Origin: Ylistrum balloti
Lineage: Eukaryota
Length of the DNA stretch: 64,000 nt
Reading direction: 5' to 3'
Assembly: GCF_031769215.1 (NCBI RefSeq)
Contig: NW_026782132.1
Location: 248,001 to 312,000 of the forward strand
In this document: piece by piece, positions 26,620-38,449 of the stretch
Numbering within the stretch: position 1 is the first letter of the stretch
Layout: each line of letters starts with the position of its first letter
Translations under genes and position numbers: made by a program
Notes under the pieces: model-generated
The model's database searches: none
Seen by the model: only the letters and a program-made list of their open reading frames with translations
What the model was told of the DNA's origin: nothing

Positions 26620-27900
26620 CATTCATGTGAAGATCGTCTTGCTAGCGCTTGTATGACAAAGTTGCAAGAAAAAGTTTCATATAATGTAACAATACAGATT
26701 TTATCCATAATGGCTGAAAGAGAATAGGCTAGATACATGTAGGTGTCATGCATGATTAAACATTACACCTGTAAACAACTCTATTTCCGTCACAATATTA
26801 TTTGAATGAAATGAGCGAAAATACTTCCTAAAAAAAAAAGAAATCGCATCTATCGTAAAGCTTTACCATATATTTAATTGTAAACTCGTCCAAATTAAAA
26901 TCTTTTTGTAATCCGAAAACCTTGTTCGGTCATGTTTTTATTACCGCTTAGGCGACCGACTTCCTAATATACGGAGTAGGCCCTTGTGTGTTGGTTATTT
27001 ACTTGTTGGGAATATATCAACAAGAGTGATATAAACATTTTAAATAACCTATAACTGCATTTCAGTAAGATATAGGACGAGTAGGAAGTACAAGTGGGCA
27101 ATGAATATAACAAATCTGGTTACAAAATTCAACAACACGAACACACGTGGGTCGTATCTTTGTCCGAGGACAAGGTATGACAGGAGCGTAAAGGGTGTGT
27201 TAATGACGCAAAATATCACAATAAATCTTTACATATCATGATATCATATTGTTATCGTATGAAGGAATTTACAGCTATCATATTTCAAGTGATACACATT
27301 AGATTGTGAAGTAGATGTGTAAAAACAGGAAGCGATCAAACAATTTCACCGTCCACTTCCTGGTTGCGAAGGTAACGGTAAAAGTATCCTGCGACCCACA
27401 TCTAGCGCATCGGGTGGTGACAACACAAAAAAATAATTAATTCAAACACCTTAACACTTCTAATGGGTAAATAAAAAGAATTATCTACCTGCTTCAAGCA
27501 AAAGATCAAAGTTACTGGTCTTTGTAGAAGTTGAACACGCTGCCATGTTGTTTGCAACAGATGAATGTCAAAGCATACGCGTAAGAATGTGAAAAAGCCG
27601 GAAACGAAATTGGTAACAAGATATAGTGCTCTATTGTATGGCTTATCTGTTTACTGTCTGAATGTAAAACTGTGTCACAACTGAATAGTAAATATCTCAT
27701 ATACCAAAATGTGACAGATTCTTGATAGATATTCAGGTTTACGATGTACTGGTAACAAATACATTTTCACCTGTAATTTGGCGGATTGATCCGTGTTAGT
27801 TTGTACACAGCTGCGTAATCAGTCCTTCGACCCAAAAACTTCTGAAAGTAGTGGTCATCACATATCAACTTGAGATAAGAAGTTCTTATCAGCACGGTTC
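26620..27900. promoter_or_regulatory. CpG-enriched promoter-like region
   Basis: CG density is visibly far above the CpG-depleted flanks. Several ETS-like GGAA/TTCC motifs (e.g. cacttcctgg near 27355, gccggaaac near 27597). Confidence 0.6.
27489..27546 (-). CDS. Candidate first coding exon MAACSTSTKTSNFDLLLEA (phase 1)
   Basis: Start context caaacaacATGGCAGCG, donor CAG|gtagat, inside the strongest CpG-rich region of the window. Confidence 0.45.
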
Positions 27901-28521
27901 CAGGACTCAACATTAACCATTCATATGTTATACAAGTACAAGTGTTAAAGCAAAATTGTTATTCATAAACGGAACATCCTAATTAAGTTCAGAAAATCAA
28001 TAGGCATCTGCTGATATTAGGTTAGGATCTAGTCAAAAATATATTCTGAACAAAGTTTCGCAGAGACCAAAATATATTTACATAGTAGACTAAGCATTTC
28101 TGTCTATTCATTTACCTTATTTTGTCAGTTCAATATGTATGTATACTTGTCCGATTTTACACTTACTTTTAAATCATTTTCTATTGTACAGCTATGATAA
28201 GTTTATATTTGATTGGGTAATATAATGAAAAAACAAACCCAGAGGTTACATAAACAGAAAAAATTAGACCCATACTATTTTACGAAATAATTGAAATTAG
28301 TTCATAGTCATATGAATATTCAGTTTCATTTTTTTTTTTTTTTTTCAAATTCATAGTTGTCTGACGATTCTTATACTAGATGCTCCTACCCTGGCGCACA
28401 TGGTAACACATGCCAATGTCCTCTGACATATGCAAACCTATGAATGCTTAAGATTAATTTGAAAAAACAACAAATGTTTTCACAATAAATCATCGGACTT
28501 GTACAATCCTTAAGCATGGTG

Positions 28522-28775
28522 TCCTCACTGCTGCCAATCTCTATCATATGATGCCCTCATTATTGCTAATTTTCTCTATCATATGATGCCCTCATTATTG
28601 CAAAATTTCTCAATCATATGATGCCCTCATTATTGCTAACTTTCTCTATCATATGATGCCCTCATTGCGAAATTTTTCAGTCATATGATGCAGTCATTGT
28701 CACCAAATTTCTGTGTAATATGATGCATTCAGTGATGTCAAATTTCTCTGTCATATGATGCAATCATTGTTGCCA
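28522..28775. repeat. Diverged ~35-40-bp minisatellite with palindrome atcatatgat
   Basis: About 6-7 copies. Confidence 0.8.
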
Positions 28776-28950
28776 TTTTGTGCAGAATAGTGAACTTGGA
28801 ATCAGATGATCTTGGGTTTAACTGGTTTTAAGTATGCTACTTGTTTGAATGTTTTGGGACTCCTTGGTATGTTTGGCTATGCTAAAGGAGCTAAGGTCCC
28901 TGGATTGATATGATGATTGAGGCAGAAGTTTTAAAGACACCAGAGCAAGA

Positions 28951-29648
28951 AACCTGAGTTATTGTGATGTTTGGGGAGACCTAGAATTAAAGATGTTGGT
29001 GATATAACCTAGGTTATTGTGATGTTTGGGGAGACCTAGAATTAAAGATGTTAGTATACAACCTAGGTTATTGTGGTGTTTGGGGAGACATAGAATTAAA
29101 GATGTTGGTGATATAACCTGGGTTATTGTGATGTTTGGGGAGACCTAGAATTAAAGATGTTGGTGATATAACCTAGGATATTGTGATGTTTGGGGAGACC
29201 TAGAATTAAAGATGTTAGTATACAACCTAGGTTATTGTGATGTTTGGGGAGACATAGAATAAAAATGCTGATATACAACCTGGGTTATTGTGATGTTTGG
29301 GGAGACATAGAATTAAAGATGTTAGTATACAACCTAGGTTATTGTGATGTTTGGGGAGACATAGAATTAAAGATGTTGGTGATATAACCTGGGTTGCTCT
29401 GGTGTTTGGGGAGACATAGAATTAAAGACGTTGGTGATATAACTGGGTCACTCTGATGTTTGGGGAGATGTAGAATTAAAGATGTTGGTATACAACCTAG
29501 GTTATTGTGGTGTTTGGGGAGACACAGAATAAAAATGTTGGTGATATAACCTAGGTTATTGTGATGTTTGGGGAGACCTAGAATTACAGATGCTGATATA
29601 CAACCTAGGTTATTGTGATGTTTAGGGAGACCTAGAATTAAAGATGCT
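28951..29648. repeat. 54-55-bp minisatellite with palindrome aacctaggtt
   Basis: About 12-13 copies of ttattgtgatgtttggggagacctagaattaaagatg... Confidence 0.95.
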
Positions 29649-30329
29649 TATTTTGTTTAATAGATGTTTGACACACCAAGGCACTTGGGGGTTATAGTCA
29701 AATTCACTGATTTAGTCACCTACTGTCTACATGGGTAAGGCGCTGTACAAGTAGATTAGATACTAGTAACACCACATTTCAAAACAGAATATGCTAATTG
29801 CTTTAAGTTTGACAAAATGGAGACTTGTGAATATCAAGTACATAATGCTTGAACAATATTCACAACCCTCTGATTTCATGTTTGAACACTTTTTTTGTAT
29901 ATGGACTTTACACCAGATACTGTGAGACAATAAAAATGTACAGATTCATAGGTGATCGTTGAGGTGCGACAGCTGGGCAATGGGAACAATCAATATACAC
30001 ACATGTGCTTTTGTCGTCTTGATATATCAGATCCTTAACAGTAAGGTTAGATTTATATTTATCAGTTATTGTGGTAAAACTAAATATAAAATCTCGCCCA
30101 AAACTCTCAATCTCAGAAAAAAGTCTTAGAAAATGGTACTGTGGTCAACCTTTAAATAAAGTATCACCTGAAAGTCTCAGGAAAAGTCTTAGAAAATGGT
30201 ACTGAAGTCAATTTTTCACTCAAAATCTCAGTTTCAGAAATATAAACAAACGTTAAAAGTCTCAGAAACATTATTTAGTGTCAAAAATGGTAATTCAGAG
30301 ACAGTTCTTCAATAATCTCAGAAATAGCA

Positions 30330-32357
30330 GTTCAGAAACAGAAATAGTATCAAAATAGCAGTACAGACTGAAGTATGACCAGAAACAGCAACACAGACTG
30401 AAGTATGATCAGAAATAGCAACAGTATCAGAAATAGCAACACAGACTGAAGTATGACCAGAAACAGCAACACAGACTGAAGTGTGACTAGAATCAGCAAA
30501 AGTATTAGAAATAGCAGTACAGACTGAAGTATGACCAGAAACAGCAATAGTATCAGAAATAGCAACACAGACTAAAGTATGACCAGAATCAGCAACACAG
30601 ACTGAAGTATGACCAGAAACCGTAAAAGTATCAGAAATAGCAACACAGACTGAAGTATGACCAGAATCAGCAATACAGACAGAAGTATGACCAGAATCAG
30701 CAATACAGATACAGACGAAGTATGCAACACAGAAACAGTAATAGTATCAGAAATAGCAACACAGACTGAAGTATGACCAGAAACAGCAATAGTATCAGAA
30801 ATAGCAACACAGACTAAAGTATGACCAGAATCAGCAATACAGACTGAAGTATGATCAGAAACAGTAATAGTATCAGAAATAGCAATACAGACTGAAGTAT
30901 GATCAGAAATAGCAACACAGACTGAAGTATGACCAGAATCAGCAACACAGACTGAAGTATGACCAGAAACCGTAATAGTATCAGAAATAGCAACACAGAC
31001 TGAAGTATGACCAGAATCAGCAATACAGACTGAAGTATGACCAGAAACAGTAATAGTATCAGAAATAGCAACACAGACTGAAGTATGACCAGAAACAGCA
31101 ATAGTATCAGAAATAGCAACACAGACTAAAGTATGACCAGAATCAGCAATACAGACTGAAGTATGATCAGAAACAGTAATAGTATCAGAAATAGCAATAC
31201 AGACTGAAGTATGACCAGAAACAGCAACACAGACTGAAGTATGACCAGAAACAGCAATACAGACAAAAGTATGACCAGAATCATCAACACAGACTGAAGT
31301 ATGACCAGAAACAGCAACACAGACTGAAGTATGATCAGAATCAGCAACACAAACTGAAGTATGATCAGAATCAGCAACACAGACTGAAGTATGATCAGAA
31401 ACAGCAACACAGACTGAAGTATGATCAGAAACAGTAATAGTATCAGAAATAGCAACACAGACTGAAGTATGATCAGAAACAGCAATACAGACTGAAGTAT
31501 GATCAGAATCAGCAACAGTATCAGAAATAGCAACACTGACTGAAGTATGACCAGAATCAGCAATACAGACTGAAGTATGACCAGAAACAGCAACACAGAC
31601 TGAAGTATGATCAGAAACAGCAACACAGACTGAAGTATGATCAGAAACCGCAATAGTATCAGAAATAGAAATACAGACTGAAGTATGATCAGAAACAGCA
31701 ATAGTATCAGAAATAGCAATACAGACTGAAGTATGACCAGAATCAGCAATACAGACTGAAGTATGATCAGAAACAGCAATACAGACTGAAGTATGATCAG
31801 AAACAGCAACACAGACTGAAGTATGATCAGAAACAGTAATACAGACTGAAGTATGACCAGAAACAGTAATAGTATCAGAAATAGCAACACAGACTGTAGT
31901 ATGACCAGAATCAGCTATACAGACTGAAGTATGATCAGAAACAGCAATACAGACTGAAGTATGATCAGAAACAGCAACACAGACTGAAGTATGATCAGAA
32001 ACAGTAATACAGACTGAAGTATGACCAGAAACAGTAATAGTATCAGAAATAGCAACACAGACTGTAGTATGACCAGAATCAGCAATACAGACTGAAGTAT
32101 GACCAGAAACAGCAATACAGACTGAAGTATGACCAGAAACAGCAACACAGACTGAAGTATGACCAGAAACAGCAACACAGACTGATGTATGACCAGCAAC
32201 AGCAACACAGACTGAAGTATGACCAGAAACAGCAACACAGACTGAAGTATGACCAGCAACACAGACTGAAGTATGACCAGAATCAGTAATAGTATCAGAA
32301 ATAGCAATACAGGCTGAAGTATGACCAGAATCAGCAATAGTATCAGAAATAGCAATA
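30330..32357. repeat. Composite minisatellite of a 30-bp unit (gaagtatgaccagaaacagcaacacagact) with interspersed 21-bp inserts
   Basis: About 2 kb of tandem units; source of the LLFLVILQSV ORFs. Confidence 0.95.
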
Positions 32358-33179
32358 AACCATATTTTTAATGTTTGTGCATGATTTACATTTTACAGTT
32401 TAATTTTGACTTGCTATTAGTTTTCCTTTTACCATGATTATCTTCACTGGTCAGATTACGTTATCTCAGACATGTCATTTCATGTTTTGGCCGATGTCTT
32501 TATTGACAGATGATGTAATAGCTTTGGTAATGCAACATCTCATCCTATATTGTAAATACATTATAAAACAACTTAAGATAATTTATCAAAATTGGTGACA
32601 TATACCTTAGTTTTATCATCAATGTTTCAAGGTTAGATAATAAATATGTATGAATAACCATCCATTTCATTCTGTTTATTTTTTGACATCTTTTTAGATA
32701 CATAACTAAACAATCAAAAGACAGAAATTATATTTATTATGTACAACCCACAGGTTCAAGCAGTACCTAGTATTTTTATTATGCAGAAGTTTTACAAATA
32801 CTACTGTGTATGATTTCTTTGCCAAATTGAAGATCTACTACATGTTATTTTCGATGACAGCACATTACAAGCTGGGTAACTTGTTCTTGTTACTTGGAGA
32901 CTTTCACTCATTATAACTATTAGTTCAAATATTTTCACAGTATTCCTGGCATTACCATGTTACATTTTTTCTGACTTTTTAAACATGAAAAGCTAATGAA
33001 ACACAACCTTTCATGTAATGAAAAGATATTCATGTAGGCCACTGCAATATGGTTTTTTTAAGGGATCCAATGCTGCTTCTGTCTCGGCTGAATATTTTTC
33101 CTTGGACTATTTATTTAAGTTAAACATTGATTATCTCCCTTAGACCACATGCAAAGAATATTCAGACGGACAACCAAAG

Positions 33180-33223
33180 TCAGGAGTCCTGCATATTGAT
33201 GATGTCATCTTGCCGTTGTATCA
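33180..33223 (-). CDS. Possible terminal exon (V)IQRQDDIINMQDS* for the 33-35 kb gene
   Basis: Phase-1 acceptor gtgtgctccag matches the upstream phase-1 donor. Stop at 33180-33182 and AATAAA on the minus strand near 33110. The acceptor is only moderate. Confidence 0.35.
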
Positions 33224-33429
33224 CTGGAGCACACTATTGCTAATTTGTTTACAGAACACCCCAGACTGGATTTTTATGCCATGAGAATGTATGGCTATAT
33301 TATTCAACTTTATGTTTCTAGTGAACAAAAATAATTTCAATCTTTTTTCGCCATCAAGCAACGTTTTATGAAATTATGGTAACGCTGGAGTTTAAAACTC
33401 ATAAAAAGTGTATTATAAATGGGTCTTAC

Positions 33430-33703
33430 CTGATAAATTATTTTTCCATCGCACACGCTTCTTTGTTTTCTTAGTTCGTTCAACAAAGATGGCTTCATCT
33501 TCACTCTCCATTGACTCAGAATCAGAAAGGATCCGCTCATTTGCTTCAATGTCAAAACGCCATTCCTCATAAAATTTTGTACACTGAAACTCAGTACTGT
33601 CTAGGAAGTATGATTCATCATCTGCAAGAGCCTGGAACTTACAGCCCGTCAGTTCAGACAAATTCCCAGGTTCTGGTAAGACTATCACAGAAGGGCCTTG
33701 GTC
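33430..33703 (-). CDS. Internal coding exon (274 nt, phase 0-1), DQGPSVIVLPEPG...DEAIFVERTKKTKKRVRWKNNLS
   Basis: Acceptor tttctgttttag, donor CAG|gtaaga, 91 open codons, acidic run followed by a basic cluster; track ORF 33413-33688. Confidence 0.8.
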
Positions 33704-34032
33704 CTAAAACAGAAATCACACCAATTAGTATCACAGGATCAAACACAGAATCCTGTCTTCATATTCCAAGTGGCTTGACAGTTGGATATTGATTTCAGGG
33801 TCAAACAAAATATTATTGACAGCAATTCGTCTTGTGTTTTATGTAAAGTAGCAGGGTAATTTTGGCACAATTATTCAATGAATAATGTACTACAGTAATG
33901 TTAGAAGGATACCCCCTACTCCAAAAACAAATAAACTGGGGATTGATGAATCGGTGACAACAGAGGATACCCAGGATAACACCTACATTATCTCCTCACA
34001 TACACCTGTCCAAGTTTGGAAAAATTGATTAC

Positions 34033-34176
34033 CATTCTAATAAGATCTGTGTCGCTCTCATCGTCAGAGATATGGAATGATGGGAAGTATCCATCCTCAC
34101 TGTCCGAGTCAGAGAGATGGAATTTCGAACTTCGGTTCAGATTCACATCAACAGCGGGCAAAATGTCCACCATCAT
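34033..34176 (-). CDS. Internal coding exon (144 nt, phase 0-0), MMVDILPAVDVNLNRSSKFHLSDSDSEDGYFPSFHISDDESDTDLIRM
   Basis: Strong acceptor ttttttgtcttttacag, donor ATG|gtaatc, protein-like Ser/Asp-rich composition; lies inside track ORF 33988-34356. Confidence 0.8.
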
Positions 34177-35290
34177 CTGTAAAAGACAAAAAACATCAAT
34201 CCATTGAGTGAGCAGCTGTGGTTTTTTATGTCTAAGATAAATTGTCCACAGATATATCATAAGTGAACCATGAGTCAAAATGTGTGTACGACAAAAGTTT
34301 CTGATGTTAAGCTTGGTACCTATAAAGAATCGCCTCACATACAGTACATTTGGCATTTTGTTGCTATGTTACGTATTGACAATTAGGTCTGAATATCAGG
34401 ATGCTTTTTAATTAAGCAAATATTACCATTGATAGGAACAACCTGAAAGTAAGCTTCAGAGGACAACCCAATAGAAAGAAATCCTATTTTAAGAAGTACT
34501 CTTTTTTTAGCTGAACTCATAATCTGCTCTGTACTTAGTACTTTTATGCAAGTAAATCATGGTGTAATTCTGTGAGGCAATTTCCTTCCCTGTGCCATTT
34601 ACTGTCACTTTTAGTTAAAGTTTAAAAAAAAAACTCATTTTGCCCCTATCCCTTAGACCCATAAGGTGCAAGTGCATAAGGTTCCACCAAACCTGGTTAT
34701 ATATAGTGATGCACCCACAATGTGCACATGATGGATTGTCTTATCTCATTTTACACTTTCGCTCAAAAGAATTCCAGTACATAAAATATCCTCTAAATAT
34801 CAATATCTTTGATGAAGCTTAATTGTTCTTTTTTCATGTTTAGTATTAATTTATTTTTTGTTTTCATGTGCAAAGTGAACATTTTGTAATATTCTATTCA
34901 GTACCATTTATTTTCATGTTTATCTCCCTTGGACCAACAAAGTAAGCTGTTTAACACGGTTATCTCCCTTGACTATAAAAAAAAAAAGGCTAGAGCTGTA
35001 GTTTCTTCCAATCACAATACATGTAGGGTATTGCTATACACTCTAGGAGAGGTTGACCATTTGTGGTCATAACATCGAAATATTCCAGACTTTTTGAGAT
35101 CTATAGTACAATTTTACGTATCATACAATACTACATTATATATAGTTCAACATTTCTGAAATAGTTCAATATTTAAAAATATCAATCCATGTTTTGGTTA
35201 ATGCTTTGGCAGACATCTCCCTTTCTTTCACAATCATCAGTTACTCTTATTGAAAATGAATTACAGAAGGAACTGTGATGCACACCATAC

Positions 35291-35401
35291 CTCTTGCACC
35301 CATGTTTTGCCAGACATGGATTTATCCAAATTTCTCGTGCTTCTGTCCAAGGTGTTGAGAACGTCCTTACCATAGCATAAGCTGACCATATCTGCTACAC
35401 T
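35291..35401 (-). CDS. Internal coding exon (111 nt, phase 0-0), SVADMVSLCYGKDVLNTLDRSTRNLDKSMSGKTWVQE, of an uncharacterised acidic protein
   Basis: Acceptor attatttag, donor GAG|gtatgg, open frame, in phase with the next two exons. Confidence 0.65.
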
Positions 35402-35979
35402 CTAAATAATTCTGTCAGTTTTATTCTATCAGTGAAGGCAAAGAAAATGATTTGTGCACAAAATCTTTTTGATAGCTTTGTGTATATCCTTAGTTCTGTA
35501 GACAACCCTACATTGTTGTGTACAATTGATGATAAGTTCTATTCCCAGTTGTAACAATGTACCTGACTAGACGATTACATAATAGCACAAACTTCAGGTT
35601 GCAAATTTGTCAGCTAACTAACCAACTCCTACCTTTACAGAATTCTGATGTTGACAAAAAACGACCATGACCTTGGACCTTATCACGAATGCACAACTAC
35701 TTGGGTAATTCTACCTGTGAACATGGTGTAGACATGTAGAGAACCTAATAACATAGTCTGGAGTTCTGTATAGACCTTTATATGGAGAGTGGGATTTGCC
35801 TTTTACAGATAAACCATATCAAATTGGTGTATATCATCAAGGAAGTTTTTTATGTATGCTTGTCTTTGAGTTACTAAAAATGCCGAAAAGGGAAATTGTC
35901 TTTACCAGGACAGGTATAACATATCCTATACAAAAAGGTTAAGAATACCTTTAATTTGCAAGTACTAAATACACTATAG

Positions 35980-36155
35980 ACAGATGGTCAATATTAAGGG
36001 TGTACCTATGTCAGGAATATACAGTACCTACAGGTGGTCACTGTACAGGGTGTACCTATGTCCAGATCATACAGTACAGACAGGTGGTCACTATACAGGG
36101 TGTACCTATGTCCAGATCATACAGTACAGACAAGTGGTCACTGTTCAGGGTGTAT
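35980..36155. repeat. 50-bp tandem repeat x3.5
   Basis: ggtggtcac recurs at 50-bp period. Confidence 0.85.
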
Positions 36156-36649
36156 CAGCAATATTTAAGAAAATATCAGAGGAGTGTAATTATTAAATAT
36201 GTTTGTAGTACAGTGTATAGTATATTGCACCATCATTATGAGGGAATTTATCACTTTAATGTGTTTAAATTTCAGACAACACTATGGTCAAATTGGACCC
36301 AGCTATTCAGTTAACTGATAACCATGTTTGGCAAGAATTTTATATGGCCTGATAAATCAATAGCTCTAAACAGCATATGTTGACCTACAAAGGGAAATTA
36401 TCAGTTACTATTAATAGAACTCAGGTATGTGTTATGGTATGGCAATCATGGTGGGTGTTCATAACCAATGATTCATCACAAATCACAATTTCATATCAGA
36501 AAAATAATCATTTTTGGCCCTCTCACCACACTTTCCATTTGACCAGTCTAGTGCCATGTTACCGCTGACTTCATCAATGGACCAGACTGACTTAAGACTT
36601 GAAGTAATCTGACCATTCTTCACTGGACCAGACTCTTATGGTAATCTGA

Positions 36650-37197
36650 TTATCCCTCATTTCCTCACTGGACTAGATTTATAAATTGTCCATCCCTCAC
36701 TTCCTCACTAGACCAGATTCGTAAGTTATCCACCCCTAACTTCTTCACTAGACCAGATTCGTAAGTTATCCACCCCTAACTTCTTCACTAAACCAGATTC
36801 GTAAGTTATTCACCCCTAACTTCCTCACTGGACCAGATTCGTAAGTTATCCACCCCTAACTTCCTCACTGGACCAGATTTGTAAGTTATCCACCCCTAAC
36901 ATCCTCACTGGACCAGATTTGTAAGTTATCCACCCCTAACATCCTCACTGGACCAGATTCGTAAGTTATCCACCCCTAACTTCCTCACTAGACCAGATTC
37001 ATAAGTTATCCACCCCTAACTTCCTGACTAGACCAGATTCGTAAGTTATCCACCCCTAATTTCCTCACTAGACCAGATTTATAAATTGTCCATCCCTCAC
37101 TTTGTCACTGGACAAGATTCATAAGTTAGCTATCCCTCACATCCTCACTGGACAAGATTCATAAGTTAGCCATCCCTAACTTCCTCACTAGACCAGA
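36650..37197. repeat. 40-bp minisatellite (ccagattcgtaagttatccacccctaacttcctcactaga)
   Basis: About 13 copies with diverged edges. Confidence 0.95.
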
Positions 37198-37479
37198 CTG
37201 ATGTTATGATGAATTCCTCAGTTCCTCAGCAGACCATATTATTTATATATGAAGTAGCACCAAATTAACATCTGTCTATTAACCATAACCAGCATGCTGA
37301 ACTGTATGTAGGAGATATTTACATATATGTACACATTTGCAAATGTAAAGGCAGAAAGCATATGTACATGTATACAACTTAGGTGTTACATGTGGTATCA
37401 CCTTAAACAGGTTGAGGAAATGGTGGTAAAAAAATTCCCACTACACTGACTGGTCTGAGAAAAAATTGATAATTGGTGA

Positions 37480-38330
37480 TAATTATGGTGGGGATGTGGA
37501 AGGACAACCTATTAGTGGTGATAGGATGTGGAAGGACAACCTATTTGGTGGTGGTGGGGATGTGAAAGGACAACCCATTAGTGGTGAAAGGATGTAGAAG
37601 GACAACTCATTAGTGGTGATAGGATGTAGAAGGACAACCTATTAGTGGTGACAGGATGTAGGACAACCTATTTTGTGGTGATAGGATGTGGAAGTACAAC
37701 CTATTTTGTGGTGGTAGGATGTGGAAGGACAACCCATTAGTGGTGATAGGATGTGGAAGTACAACCTATTTTGTGGTGGTAGGATGTGGAAGGACAACCC
37801 ATTAGTGGTGATAGGATGTAGAAGGACAACCCATTTGTGGTGATAGGATGTAGAAGGACAACCTATTAGTGGTGATAGGATGTAGAAGGACAACCTATTA
37901 GTGGTGATAGGATGTGGAAGGACAACCCATTAGTGGTGATAGGATGTAGAAGGACAACCCATTTGTGGTGATAGGATGTAGAAGGACAACCTATTAGTGG
38001 TGATAGGATGTAGAAGTACAACCCATTAGTGGTGGTAGGATGTAGAAGTACAACCCATTAGTGGTGGTAGGATGTAGAAGTACAACCCATTAGTGGTGGT
38101 AGGATATAGAAGTACAACCCATTGGTGGTGGTAGGATGTAGAAGTACAACCCATTAGTGGTGATAGGATGTAGAAGGACAACCCATTAGTGGTGATAGGA
38201 TGTGGATGGACAATCTATTAGTGGAGGTGGGATGTGGAAGTACAACTTATTTTGTGGTGGTAAGATGTGGAAGTACAATCTATTAGTGGAGGTGGGATGT
38301 GGAAGGACAACATATTCTGTAGTGGTGGGG
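37480..38330. repeat. 32-bp minisatellite (tagtggtgataggatgtagaaggacaacccat)
   Basis: About 26 copies. Confidence 0.95.
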
Positions 38331-38449
38331 ATGCAAGAAGATAGAAGGACAACTTTATTATTAATGGCCGGAAATGCTTACAACAATTTTTTTACTGACC
38401 ACTAGACATTGTACTACAATCCAATGACCAAACTTATCAGTGGTCACTG

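Noticed and set aside
30350-32355. Long hydrophobic LLFLVILQSV ORFs (up to 254 aa)
   Set aside because: They arise from 30/21-bp tandem units and have no unique N- or C-terminus.
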